Shown here in pieces: positions 12,934 to 26,151 of a stretch of DNA of 27,914 bases; the stretch's first letter is position 1; each line of letters opens with the position of its first letter. Both the position numbers and the translations under genes were made by a program. Source of the DNA: Trichinella spiralis (taxonomy: Eukaryota); NCBI RefSeq assembly GCF_000181795.1, contig NW_003526941.1, positions 10,158,493 to 10,186,406 of the forward strand, in the 5' to 3' direction. The notes under the pieces were generated by a model, which was given only the letters and a program-made list of their open reading frames with translations, was not told the DNA's origin and did not search any database.

Positions 12934-14259
12934 ATGATGTTATTGCTGCCGTTACTAATATGCTAACATCAATACTGTAAATGGATTGATGCGATATGCT
13001 TAAAAGTTTTAAAAGTTCCGTTCCATAAACAATGATAATATGATATAAATGAAGATGATGTATAAAATCGCGTCAACTAATGGTTACAGTTTAATAAATT
13101 CCAAATATTCAAAAATTAAGCCCATGTAGAAGAAGAAAAAACAAACTAATTTCTGCGTCGGTTTTTTTCCCCATTCCCTCTAGAATCAGTATGTGATCGG
13201 TTGAAACGTCTGAACGCTCGAAAATTGTCAAAATAGTATTTGTTAGGAAGAAGGAAAGCTGCAAATGCGCAGCCGATGAGGCCGGCCGGCCACCCGCGGT
13301 TAGCAAGATTCGAAAGAGCATTTTTCCGCCTCATCTAACCAACCACCTACCATCATCTAACCGTGGAAATTGTTTAATTGAATCTGTCAAACAAACACGC
13401 ACACACACAAAGCCATACAAGCAGAAATTATCTTCACATTTTTGTTATTGTTGCAATGGACAACATAACAATCACGAATTGACCAAGCAGTAATTCTGCA
13501 ATTGAAAACCTGTATCAATTTCTTTTTCTTTGTGTTTTTTGTCGGTCACCTTCTCAATTTCAGTATGTCAATCAGTCAGAAATACGTAGATGAATAAAAT
13601 TATTAACTTTAATTTTTTTATTAATGCTATTTTTTCACTACATTACATTACACTACACTACACTACAACTGCAACAGAAAATGTTGGCAGTGTTAGGTTA
13701 GTTAGGCATCTGATGATCAATACAGAGAAACAGAAGAAGAGGTGATTATGAAGAAAATATTATTTTTATTAAAAAAAAGTAAAAAATTGCAATCGTATCA
13801 AAAAGTCATTGCTTGATTAAAAACGCGTGCACGGTGGTGGCGTAGAGACTGACTACGAGGATTCTCCCAAGTGAATCGACTTAGTTCCACATAAACAGCC
13901 TTCACAAAATGAAATCTCACAATATGCTGCTGCAATGGGATGGTAAAAATTGAACGAGAAAAACACGATTGAAATTATATTCCTTCTTTCTCTCTCTTTC
14001 TTTCTCGATGTTCGCTGTTTGCTTTCTGTTATGCGATATAGATAATGATAAATTAGTGGCAGGGTATATAGGTTTGTTTTTATTTTTGAGCATGAACAAA
14101 AGATGAAAAAAAACAACTGTTTGCTCGAATCAGTTCGACAATTAGTGCATTACTCTGGTGGGGGAATAATGAAAACCAACGATCAATGAGAAATATTATT
14201 AATTAATTATTTAATTAATTAATTAACTGATAGCTGGCTGTGTTGGTGAGTTTCGCACA

Positions 14260-15040
14260 GATGTCGTGGGGTTGATGGCGATATGCGGATTTTTGATTAG
14301 CAAAAAAATAAAGGTAACAGGAAACCCGGAAAACATTCGACAACAATTCTCCACTGCGAATGAAAGTTGAAAAGCAAGAGGCACGGGTTTTGTTGTGCAC
14401 ATGGACGGGAAAAAGAACCGCTGGTGGAGTTGGACCAGCAGCCACCGTTGGCAGGTGAAACAGCTGCGCGCGGCTGCCAGCGTTATCAAGCCGAGATCAG
14501 TAGCGGAGATGAACTTTGAACGGCGGCGACTGTCCGGCGTGGTCAACACCTGACGGTCAGAGTCAAAGTGAGCCGCCGAGTATCCGTTACATCAGCCTTT
14601 GGACAAGGCACAGCGGGAAAGGGAAACCGAGCCAATATGGCGGCACCTTTGACTCCGGCGTACGGCCATTGTATCGCTGCTAGGCCAGATAGTGATCGCC
14701 GGCCGCGGTATGGCAGAGCGGCCACAACAACAACAAAAGACTGACCCTGGTCCTACTGGTCACTTATCCGCTAATCGAAAGCCTCTTCATCCAATTAAGT
14801 CAATCGCTTTTCCAACGGCCGCACGATCAAGGCAACTCTGCCGACCGACTACATGCTGAATCATCTCCGTCGAAATAACGACCCACACAGCACTAATAGA
14901 TGGCCAAATTATGACAATCTCGACCCTGGTCTGGTCGAGGTCACTCGAATCTCCAACCCACTCCCAGCACATGTTGCCATCCCAGCTGGACATTATTTCC
15001 ACGCCCGGCCGGAGACTTGGTCAATTCCACAGGACATTGC
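14260..15040. promoter_or_regulatory. Candidate distal enhancer (GC-rich non-coding island)
   Basis: GC-rich with no recognisable protein. TCF-like CTTTGA/TCAAAG at 14514, 14563 and 14647; E-boxes at 14452, 14461 and 14547. Confidence 0.35.
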
Positions 15041-15966
15041 ACATAACAACACACACACACACATGCAGAAGGGGACTGACTGACTGACTGGCCTTTACGC
15101 CTCTCACTTTCCCTCTCTGTTCTTTCTCTTTTGACCTGCTTCTTTCTTTCTCTCACTTTTTTCTGGTCATCGATGTCAAAATTTATTATCATTATTATCA
15201 TTATCATGATTTATATGCCGGTATGTTTTTTTTATAACTGAAATGAATTGATGAGAAAGAAAAAATGTAATTTAATCCTTTGTCAAAAAAATAAAGATTA
15301 CTGTTCAATTGAAAAATATCCTCTTCTTCATTGACAAAAGAAATATTATTGAATTATTATTTATTGAAAATTATTAATTAAGCAACAAGTTAAAGCATAA
15401 TAAAAAAGAATGAAAATATGAAAAATGTCAAATATTACATTTTATATATATTAATCGATGGATGGATCAGAGAGAGAGAAGGAAATTAAAATTAAAAAAA
15501 AATTAATAATAATCCCACTTCCCCAAAAGCAGAATGTTAATTTTGCATACTAATTTTGAGCAATGACGAAGTTGTCCAAAAACTGGAAGCTAAAAACCCA
15601 TTGGACACACACAAACACTACTAAATCGAATAAAAACTAGGCAATCTTCCAAAATTTATTCAACGACCAGTTGGTTGGTTGTGCTCCGACCTGATTCAAT
15701 TTAGCTGTTTTGTAAAAGTGCAAAAAATTATTTTCATTTTTTTGAATTATAATTTTTATTTTCTCCTACACACATACATCCAGGTTGGGAAGTTCAAGTT
15801 ACTGTTTGCGATTTAAGTTCAGAGTAGAATACTTTTGGAGTTCAGAAATTAATTTTACATATTTTAAATGTGTTATTGAATAAAGGAATTTATTTTAATA
15901 TCAAATTATAATAAAGTGAAAAGAAGAATATAAATAAATAAAGAAATATATATATATTTGAATTAG

Positions 15967-15992
15967 AGAAGAAGAAGAAGAAGAAGAAGAAG
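15967..15992. repeat. (GAA)n microsatellite
   Basis: Seen directly. Confidence 0.9.
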
Positions 15993-18900
15993 AGAAAGAA
16001 AAAGAAGAATTTTGAAATGCTTGCAAAAGTTTTGCACGATTGTGTGTACGTGTTCAGGCGCGTGCCAGTCGGTGATCCGAAACGCCAACTGTGTGCGAAG
16101 GCAATAATAATAATCAGTTAAAAGCGCAAACAAAAATTGCTCCAAAACGTTTGCCACTTTTCTTCCCATACCGCACACACACACAAAAAAAATCAACTTT
16201 TACTATTATTTTATTTAAATTTCTTTATGCAAAATAATTTTCTCCATTCGATCGCGTATTTGTTTGTTTATTTATTGGAAAAAATTAATTGACTAATTTC
16301 ACAGAGAAAATTATTACAAAATTGAAATAAATAATCATGCCCGAAGCAATTGCATGTTCCAACTGAATTGAAATGCTGTCTCATTTCTGGACAAACTGTT
16401 AAACTTTCTTATCATGTCATCAGAGGCTGTCATAACAGATTTTTCTCCTAACATTATGCACGTCAGACTGGTAGTAATGGAAGTATGAGCAGCAGCAAAA
16501 GGAAACTTGTATAATTTGAAAATGTTACAACAAGCTGCCAAGGTGGTTCTGTTGCAATGATCTACTTGGACCAGGAATTATTTGACGACAAATGCTTAAT
16601 TAACTGAAGTTGTGAATTGAAATTTAGCAAAAATAAAAAAATCCTTTACAAATTATCAAACAACAGACAACTCTAAATCTCTTCCTCTATCTCTCTCTCT
16701 CTGTGTGTGTGTGTGCATAATTTATACATTTGCATAATAGAAAATGAAAAATACTACATTTTTGCTTTGTGTGGATCAATTTCTACCGGCCAACAACTAC
16801 AAACTACACATCTAGTGAATGAAGCATATTGTAGACGACATTGAGACTGACCGGGCACCGGTGGGACGCCAATGGGCGATCAAGCGTGCCAGGAAAATGA
16901 GCCCTGAAAATTGACCATCTTTGGATCAATAGTCCAAACAACGCCTGCAGGGCGTCGATCGTCCTTGCAATACAGAGCAGCGTTTGGTTTATTTGAAAAT
17001 TCGGTTCAACCAGTTGCCGCCGATACAAAGACACACCCCACCCCATCCACTCATCGGCTTGCTTTTCGAATATGCAAACGATGACAAAATTTAAATAATC
17101 GTTTTTTGAAAAAATTTTTCACTTATTCATCAAATCAAAGTATGTTTATTTTCTCTGACAACATTGTTGTTTTTAGCTTAACAAATTGACATGAATACGT
17201 CACAATTGAGATAATCTCTGTAAATTGATGGGAAAAACAAAAGCTTTTCCATTTGACGTCATGAAACATTTTCTACCGAAATACATACAGTGCTATAATA
17301 CAGTATTCATAATTTGTTGTTGTTGTGCATGATATATAATACAAAAATTAAAAGCATATTTCCACCAGCTGCCCAAATTTTGTCATTGAAACAAACGTAT
17401 GTGGAGAGTAGACAGATAAATTTTCATCGTAAAAGAAAGTCGAAAAAAAATTAGCAAATGAAATAACGAATAATAATCGATCATCAAGATTGAAAATTAT
17501 CATCGTCGTCAATATATTATCATATATGAATATTCATTTTATGTGTGTGCGTGTGTGTGTGTGCGGATGATGAATTGAAAAATTGACTCGACCATGCATT
17601 AAATGCACAACGGCCAGAAGGGAACGGTCAAATCCGGCATATATCAATCATCCCATTGCGGGTCGGGGGATAAATGGGCAAAGATTGGGGGAGAGGAGGG
17701 GGGGAGGGTAAACACAAAAGCTAAAAAGCAGCCGGAATCAAGCTTCGATCTTTTGTCTTTGAAAATAACAGACACACCGAAGCAGAGTGTGGTGAGTGAG
17801 TGAAAAAAAAACAACACAATTGATCCGGGGTATATCGATATATATACATATATTGTGTTGTATTGTGAAGCGCATCTGCGGGACTTATTAGAAATTAACA
17901 AAGCGTGCAAAATGGAAATTTGCCCAAAATGACCACTTCTGCTGCTCTGGTGCTGAGTGTGAGCCGATTGACTGGCTGGTGGCTGTGATTGCAAACAAAG
18001 AAAGGCAAAATATTAAGCAAAGCTTCATCGGTGACAAAATGAAGCAAAAAGAAAAAAATTAATTCCACAAGCAGTTAGTTGCAGATTTTGTCCACTGACA
18101 ACTTTATCCCCATATTCTTTCTACACATCAATCTTATTCACTTACAACCGCTAAATAATATTCGGTAGAACAGTTTAATTTTTTTAACAAACTATTAATC
18201 GATTAATTATTGTTTAAAAATTTAAAATTCTCTGTATGCTTAGAATGGGAAAATATTGGTTTGAAATTTCGAATAAAATTTTTTCCCAAGATAAAGCAAA
18301 ACTTTTCATTTTCTCAACTGTCAAATGATCCTTTTCTCGCTTGTCAATTGCTTGTTAGCTGCTAGTGATGAAGCCGAGAAAGAGAGAGAGAAAAAAAATT
18401 GCAAAAAGCAATTTCTTCCAACGAGTGTCGAATTGAAAATTCCAATTCCACATCAAAAACAATACAACAAAAATATACAATTTTTCTTTTTGGAAACGAA
18501 AAATTAAATTTTGCAAAGTAGAGAAAAAAAAACAATTGTTTTTTCTTTTGAAACATTCAAATTGTGCAAATTTACACAACTAACATAAAATGATAAAGCC
18601 AATCATCTTATCTATCTGTCTGTCTGTATGTATGTATGTTTAGTGTAAATTGAATACAAACAACCGTTCAGCTCTGATATTGTTTGAAAATTTCCAAATC
18701 AGATCGTATGACTTTTTGCGTCAATATTTTCAAGGTTATAAATTATAAATTTATAATAATTATGATTTATTTTATCAATTTCATATAACTAGTAAAATAT
18801 TATCTTCAATGGAGTAATGAAAATTATTTCAATAAATAAATTAATTAATTAATGTTCGAAATATAAAATGTCAAACTCACAACAATTGTCGAAAGGTATC

Positions 18901-19981
18901 CGTGAAGAGAGAGAGAGGAGATAGAAAAGAAATTGATTTTCCACCACTATTCCACAAACGTCCCCTTGAGACGGGATCGTTTACAATAATTGCCCATTAT
19001 TATTATTATTATTATTGTTGTTGTTGTATCAACGTGAACCATGCAACAGTGCAATAATACACCGTTAACATTGATCATCGCTTATCTATGCAAATTTTTG
19101 AAAACTAGATGATAAAGAATGAGGCTGAATAGAGAAAGTTGCATCATGGTTTTAAAAATATTTTTTTTTCCACTTATGCTTAATATACATTTGTTATAAA
19201 TTGAAATATTAATAATAATAATTTTTGACCGGTGAAAAATATTTCACTTTATCCTATTGCACAATGGATAAAAACGTAAAGACACGAAAAAAAAGATGAA
19301 GAAAATTGTTGCAATTGTTGTTTACAAAGTTTGTTCAGGTTGGTTGGTGATAAAGTGCTTTTCGTAAGCTAACAGCTGTCGCGTGACAAACAAACAAACA
19401 AACAAACAAAGAGAAAAAAAATAAATAAATTATCACTGACAACAAACAACAGATTATTTATTGTTCGTAGGGAAATTTTTGTTCAGAAAATGAGCATTTT
19501 AAAAGAGACAAAATTGAAAATTTTCACTGGCGGTGTAATAAATAAAAATTGATGACGTCGACCGGCGTGTTGTCAAAGTTGAACGTCAAGTGAAAGTTGC
19601 AACTGAAAAATCCAACTGAAACGAATTTAAATCAGTCGGTGTCGGTCGAATCTATTTATTTAACTGCACTGAGCAGAAAAAAAAATCAATTTATGCAAAT
19701 TCAATACAGTGAAAAAAAATAAACAACAATTTGAGCTTGAGAAATTTGTTTGTTTATGAATTTTTTTTAATATCAAAAAAATCATTTGAATAGAGTTCAT
19801 TTGATGTGGGGAATTTTGAAATTTTTTCTCCAACAACTTTTGAACAAGTTTGTTTTTGACAAAAAGTACAACAAACCAGAAATTTGAAAAATTGTTTGTA
19901 GTAAAATTGAAATGAAAAAAAAAATATTTATATATAATTATTTGAATTAACAAAAAACAACAAAAATTTCACCGATCTGCC

Positions 19982-20489
19982 NNNNNNNNNNNNNNNNNNN
20001 NNNNNNNNNNNNNNNNNNNNNNNNNNNNNNNNNNNNNNNNNNNNNNNNNNNNNNNNNNNNNNNNNNNNNNNNNNNNNNNNNNNNNNNNNNNNNNNNNNNN
20101 NNNNNNNNNNNNNNNNNNNNNNNNNNNNNNNNNNNNNNNNNNNNNNNNNNNNNNNNNNNNNNNNNNNNNNNNNNNNNNNNNNNNNNNNNNNNNNNNNNNN
20201 NNNNNNNNNNNNNNNNNNNNNNNNNNNNNNNNNNNNNNNNNNNNNNNNNNNNNNNNNNNNNNNNNNNNNNNNNNNNNNNNNNNNNNNNNNNNNNNNNNNN
20301 NNNNNNNNNNNNNNNNNNNNNNNNNNNNNNNNNNNNNNNNNNNNNNNNNNNNNNNNNNNNNNNNNNNNNNNNNNNNNNNNNNNNNNNNNNNNNNNNNNNN
20401 NNNNNNNNNNNNNNNNNNNNNNNNNNNNNNNNNNNNNNNNNNNNNNNNNNNNNNNNNNNNNNNNNNNNNNNNNNNNNNNNNNNNNNNNN
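19982..20489. other. Assembly gap (508 N)
   Basis: N run. Confidence 1.
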
Positions 20490-21251
20490 TTGGGCTTGGG
20501 CCCGGAAATGTGATCAGCCAGACAAAAGCGCAAAGGGACCGGCGTAGTCCAATCGGCAAAGATCGATCGTTCTACTCAGTCATGCATGACAAGCATTAGC
20601 AAACCGACTGAATCAAGCCGAAAATCTCGTTAACATAATATCTCTCCCCCCCTCTCTACTTCTTTCCACTTTTCTTCAACCGCAGAGGTCCGTTAGCAAA
20701 ACGGTCCCGTGGGCGCTGGCGTGAATATCAATTCGCCTTTCAATAAATTGACCAATCACGGTTTTTCGAACAAAGCTTACTGTATAAACTGCCGACAATC
20801 GATGAACTATTATTACTGTTGCTATTATTATTATTATTATTATTATTATAGTGGCAATAGCAGTAGTATTAACTGAAAACTAATTGACTACTTAAGTAAT
20901 TTATATTGCAGTGACTAATTTTCTTCTGAATACATTTTATTCACAAAAAATATATTTAGCTATAGTTTACTTTTCAGTTCTGTTTCATTAAAAATGTTTG
21001 GTAAATTCAAGCCACTCCTATAAATAACTGTGCAAAGTATTTGTTGTTTACCAGAAATCGAACAGGGCAGGTTCAGCCAGCGGCCACATTCTACGTCTCA
21101 CACCTGTCACACCCCCGTTAGTGTCCGATGCGCGCGCGACATGTTCTCAAAAGCTAACCTAGAAATGTCCATCCATCTTCTACTGTCTATTGCTTTCACG
21201 TTGTCAAGTTCTGCTTGAATACTGATATTAAAATTAAAAACAAAAACTTAC

Positions 21252-21585
21252 CCGCTTCTGAGACAGCGTCGAAGCTACTTCCAGCACCGTGATGTTGATG
21301 CTGATGCTGATGATGATGTGGTTGTTGATGCTGTTGTTGTTGGACAATCATATGCTGCTGAGTGACCACGACATCCGTAGACTGCAGACCAGATGCAAGC
21401 AAGTCCATGGTTGTTCTGAGACTAGCGCCAACGCTCGGCGATTCTACAGGACTATTGACAGCTGATGATGATGACCGATGACCAGCGGTCAGCAAATTGT
21501 GTCCTGTAGTAGATGGAGTATTGCACCGGACTTGTTGTGGCTGTTGTTGTTGTTGCTGCTGCTGCTGCTGTTGTTGTCCGCGATT
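21252..21585 (-). CDS. unc-62: Meis/Hth/UNC-62 exon 7, polyQ/His-rich linker ending FDAVSEAG
   Basis: Acceptor ttttaag, open frame, phase-1 donor G|gtaagt. SEAG continues as DASI in the next exon, as in Hth. Confidence 0.88.
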
Positions 21586-21987
21586 CTTAAAATGAAACAA
21601 CTTGAAGAACTATGAGTATGCATGCATGCATGCATGTGAAGAAATCAAAATTCACCTAGAACTAATTTATTATTAAGCAACGTTTCGCTACAAATCAAGA
21701 GACAAATGCTCTGGCAACACTAGCTTAAGCAAGAAAGGTCAACATAAAACTAACTATAAAATTACAATTTGATTTCACCTTATCGTAGACTAATATTTGC
21801 GCGCTAATGTGTGCAAAGTAAAGACTAAGTGTACGTAAAAGTACGTAATTACAAAAATGACAAACAAAAAGTGTATTTAACTTAAAACTTAACGATGATT
21901 GTTTAAAATTTTTCAACAAACAGTTTAAAAGTTTATATCAATAAATTAACAATTACAACACAAAGAAGAGTAAAAAGGAAATCATAC

Positions 21988-22452
21988 CAAATCTTCAAGA
22001 TGCAAGTGCTCACCAACTGGCGTGCTCGGTTCTTCGGACAAGCGTCCACCACAGCTGCTGTTGCTGGTCGACGTACGACCATCATAGGCACTGCCAACGC
22101 TAGACGGGCACAAACCAACAGTGTTGTTCGGACTCAACGAGCCAGCAGTATTGTAATGAGAAGAAAATGACTGTACACCGCCGCCCATCGGTGTAGTCGG
22201 AGTTTGCAAGCCACAACCGCTGTCACCAGCCGGTGTAGAACCGGCTCCACTGCCAGGCGTGAGCGACACGCCGGACAAGCCCACGACTGATCCTCCTGCA
22301 CCACCGCCACTTCCAGGTCCACCGGTCAGGTGGGATTCAGAAGTAGATGATGCACTACTACCAGCACGTTCTTCAGCCACTAGATCAGTTGGCATCTTTC
22401 CTTTCAAACAGTTGATATAACGTTGGCAGAAATTGTCACAAAGTTCGTGAAC
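21988..22452 (-). CDS. unc-62: Meis/Hth/UNC-62 exon 6 ([24 protein letters not shown] plus Gly/Ser-rich linker)
   Basis: Conserved [19 protein letters not shown] motif; phase-0 donor TTG|gtatga. Confidence 0.93.
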
Positions 22453-23139
22453 CTTCATACATATATATAATCACAACAACAAGTGATCATCAATTTTTTT
22501 ACGCAATTACAAAAAAATACATTGCAAATTACATCAATAAATGAGTAACTGCGCAAAGAAAAAAATGCATGCATGTATTTACTGTACATGCATACAGTGT
22601 GCATGCATTGTTTGTTAAATACAATTACTATTTATAATAAACAATTGTAATGCATTCTAATCTATGCATATTTGTGTTTAATGGAAATCTACTGTGTATT
22701 GGGGAAGAAATTAAATAATTGATAATTTAGTCTGTTCATGAGTGAAACAAGAATTTCGCGAAAAAGTAACGCCAGAAGGCAGGCAGGCAAGCAAGCAAGC
22801 AAGCAAGCAAGCAAGTCACACTACGGCAACAACACGCGACAACACATCCATCTTCTTCAACCGAACTGGCTGTTTGTTCGGCGCCTTGCTGAAGCTAACC
22901 AGACAGACAGACAGCCAGAAAACTAACCGACGAAGCAACTAAAGCTGACTAACCTACGTGTGTCAGGCTACGAATAGAAAGAAGTCAGTATTTTCTAAAA
23001 CTAAACAAAGTTGACCACGGTTGTCCGGTAGTGCATTACTTATTAACATCTAGCCTAGTATCGGTCAAGCGCGCAAGGACAAAATGAAAAACGAGAATGC
23101 AGAAATGATAGAAAGCAAATTCTTCTCCTAATTCATTAC

Positions 23140-23190
23140 CTTTTCCAATTCGAGCAAGTGAAAACGCAACACTTGGATCGCTTGTACCAT
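23140..23190 (-). CDS. unc-62: Meis/Hth/UNC-62 exon 5, HM2 region (MVQAIQVLRFHLLELEK)
   Basis: 51-nt exon with ttttag and gtaatg boundaries; hallmark Meis motif. Confidence 0.96.
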
Positions 23191-23289
23191 CTAAAAAGTG
23201 CAACGTATACAATAAGAAAATATATGATCAACAAAAAAAACGGATGAATTGATAGAAATTATTTTTTCAAACTTTTTACATTCAAAATG

Positions 23290-23293
<4 letters not shown>

Positions 23294-23363
<70 letters not shown>
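23294..23363. repeat. (TA)n microsatellite in unc-62 intron 4
   Basis: About 70 nt of pure TA. Confidence 0.95.
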
Positions 23364-23366
<3 letters not shown>

Positions 23367-23381
23367 ATGATATCAACTTAC

Positions 23382-23432
23382 CAATGCGTCCAGTTCACCG
23401 TTGGGCGTGTAGTACGGCTTGTCAGTACGCAT
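23382..23432 (-). CDS. unc-62: Meis/Hth/UNC-62 exon 4 ([17 protein letters not shown])
   Basis: 51-nt exon with cgcag and gtaagt boundaries, phase 0/0; matches the Meis R.EKP....ELD.L linker. Confidence 0.92.
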
Positions 23433-23488
23433 CTGCGAACGATTAAAATGCATTGAAAAAAATTAAAAAAATTGCTTTCAACACATAC

Positions 23489-23630
23489 TTGTTTAGCAAA
23501 CAACGCCACATCTTCGTTGAAACTGTCTGATGAGCACACATCCACACCACTGGCGCCCATTTCACGAGGTGTACATGTAGCCAGTTCACATTTTTCAAAA
23601 ATCAACGTCAACAAAGGAAACAATGGATGG
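23489..23630 (-). CDS. unc-62: Meis/Hth/UNC-62 exon 3, HM1 region ([22 protein letters not shown]...FAKQ)
   Basis: Hallmark Meis motifs [16 protein letters not shown] and [11 protein letters not shown]; boundaries ttttag and gtatgt. Confidence 0.96.
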
Positions 23631-24144
23631 CTAAAAGAGCAAATAATATTTTTCAATAATTACTTGGGTTAATTATTTATTCTATACTTTTCAATCTACC
23701 ACTACTGAAGAAGGATTGCATTTTAATTAGAAAATTGTTCAATTATAAAATACCTTAACCACACTTTCACATAGTTATATATATATATTATTTATTTTAT
23801 TTATTTATTTAGTTAGTTAAGTACGAAAAGAACTAAAAAAATACATTTTTTTAAATATTAAATGTTTATATTTTAAAAAATAAAATTTCAATAAAACTGT
23901 TGAGAGACTTCCTTTCATCACTTGCTCGATGAACTAACTCACTGATCAATAAACATAATATTGTGAATCGTGTGAATTATCAACTATGTTACAAGCTATC
24001 GAACGAAAGAAAAATTAAAACAATCACATTAGCCATTAATTTTTTTTTCAAATACACGAATTACTTTCAACTGACCAGTATATTAAAAGACAAATGAATA
24101 TATGTCTAACAAATACAAAATCAAGAAAAAAAAGAATGACATAC

Positions 24145-24473
24145 TTTTGAACGGATTCTTTGTCCCGTTTGAGCTGACAGTCTGAAAGCAGCTCAGCACG
24201 ATGACTTCCACTGGCCAGCATATGGTTGGCCGTTTGAGCGCCTGACGGTGAGCCGTGAACAGAAGCTGTACTAGCGCCGGCAGGGGTCGGGTAGCCAGGT
24301 TGGTAGAAGCATAACGATGTTGGTGAACCTCCGGCACCGTCAGAGGGTAAGGTGTTAGTGCCGGGTTGAGTTGGAGTTGCGCCTGAAGCAGTTTGACCTC
24401 CATAAGCTGCCGTAGCTTGGTGCAAATCTAACGATGACTGAAGTACGTAATGACTGACCGCAGACTCGTCGAA
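24145..24473 (-). CDS. unc-62: Meis/Hth/UNC-62 exon 2 (FDESAVSHY...QLKRDKESVQ)
   Basis: Acceptor tgtag, donor gtatgt (phase 2). Ends at the KRDK start of the HM/MEINOX domain. Confidence 0.9.
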
Positions 24474-24619
24474 CTACATAGAAAAAAAATTCATTTTGCA
24501 ACGACGCTAACAACAGTAATATGTCATCAACAGTTAGATCATAGACGGACTAATAATTATAACATTCAAACCAAAACCTGGTCAAAGCGGCACATCAGTC
24601 CATTATGATGCTGGTCAAA

Positions 24620-24874
24620 NNNNNNNNNNNNNNNNNNNNNNNNNNNNNNNNNNNNNNNNNNNNNNNNNNNNNNNNNNNNNNNNNNNNNNNNNNNNNNNNN
24701 NNNNNNNNNNNNNNNNNNNNNNNNNNNNNNNNNNNNNNNNNNNNNNNNNNNNNNNNNNNNNNNNNNNNNNNNNNNNNNNNNNNNNNNNNNNNNNNNNNNN
24801 NNNNNNNNNNNNNNNNNNNNNNNNNNNNNNNNNNNNNNNNNNNNNNNNNNNNNNNNNNNNNNNNNNNNNNNNNN
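24620..24874. other. Assembly gap (255 N)
   Basis: N run. Confidence 1.
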
Positions 24875-25739
24875 CGTGCCAAAAAGCTAACACACAAGAC
24901 AGTTTTACTGCTCACATTCCTGGGCCAACGGATCTATCTCGGAATATTTATTTGTTTACTTGAAATGACCAACTCGTAAAACATTCAGTCTAACACGACA
25001 AAGATGTACATTTTAAAATTTTTACGATCGCCTGAAAATGGTCCTCTACCATGTTTGGCAAAAGTGCAGAGCAAACATTCGCATTGTTTATTCGGCTTAT
25101 CATAAAATGTGAAAGCGATCCCCTTGATGTATATATATATATATATATCATCAGTTCGTTGGTGACAACAATATCAGTGCAAAACTAGAAGTACGGAGGG
25201 AGAATCTAGAATTTCATAAAGAAAAAAACTTCACAGATAAAAACTATTAGAAAAAAAATTTTTTTAAATCAATAAATAATAAAATATGAATTCAGAACTC
25301 TCAACTACAACGTCTGAATGATTTGACAATCAATCTACTTTCAAACTAACGAAAAGACCAACGAGAGTCTCAGTACGCTGAGCACGTCAAAAGCAGGCAC
25401 AGAACAAGAGAAAGCAGCAGCACAATAGTGGCAACAACTTTGCTTCTTGTTGCTGCTGAAATTGGCATCTTTTGCGTCTCACGCAACCGATTCTAGCGGA
25501 AAAAGCGGCAAAGCTTTTGTGAATCCCGTCGCGCGCGTCTGGTCAATTCATCACCGACTTGCATATTGACAGGTCTCGAAATTAAAAGCAGAGCTGTCAA
25601 AAGCAGGTCTAAGACAGATAGATAGAATGAAAAATTGGAAGAAAGCAAAAGATATGGACTCTATTTATTCTCTCTCTATGCTCAAAACTGCAGCAAATCC
25701 ACCAACTAACTAACTAACTAGCTAACACCAATCCCGCTA

Positions 25740-25742
<3 letters not shown>

Positions 25743-25784
<42 letters not shown>
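25743..25784. repeat. (TA)n microsatellite
   Basis: About 42 nt of pure TA. Confidence 0.95.
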
Positions 25785-25785
<1 letters not shown>

Positions 25786-26074
25786 TAGAGAACCGTTGCG
25801 GATGATTTCATATAATTGCATTTGAATAAAACTAATTGCTTCTTAAAATTAACGACAAATGCAACAATGGTCGGCAGTGAGCAATGATAAATCACCTATA
25901 GCCAAAGCTTCAGAGAGTAGTAGTATCAAGTTCAAGTTGTCGTTGAAAATAAAAAAAAAACAAAACTAATAAACACGATCGTTAGCTAAGAAGCTAAACT
26001 GAAGAAACAGGCGTGAAAAGAGAAAAAAAAGGGGGAAACTGAATTTTAAGAGCACGTAAAAACTTTTCACTCAC

Positions 26075-26151
26075 CAGTTGTTCACTTGTAGAATTGTCAA
26101 GCCAGTATCTTGGGCCAACTGTTTTTTCTGCTCTTCAGACGGATACGGATG
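26075..26151 (-). CDS. unc-62: Meis/Hth/UNC-62 exon 9, TALE loop to helix 3 start ([26 protein letters not shown])
   Basis: Acceptor tttcag, donor gtgagt; PYP TALE signature and Meis-type sequence. The next exon (FINARRR) was not found in the window. Confidence 0.97.

Noticed and set aside
14853..15083. 76-aa ATG-initiated plus-strand ORF in a GC-rich island
   Set aside because: No recognisable motif, it runs into CA and GACT repeats, and there is no splice support.
19928..20559. ORFs of about 200 aa in the track
   Set aside because: They are open only because they cross the N gap.
24595..24979. ORFs spanning the third gap
   Set aside because: Artefacts of the N run.
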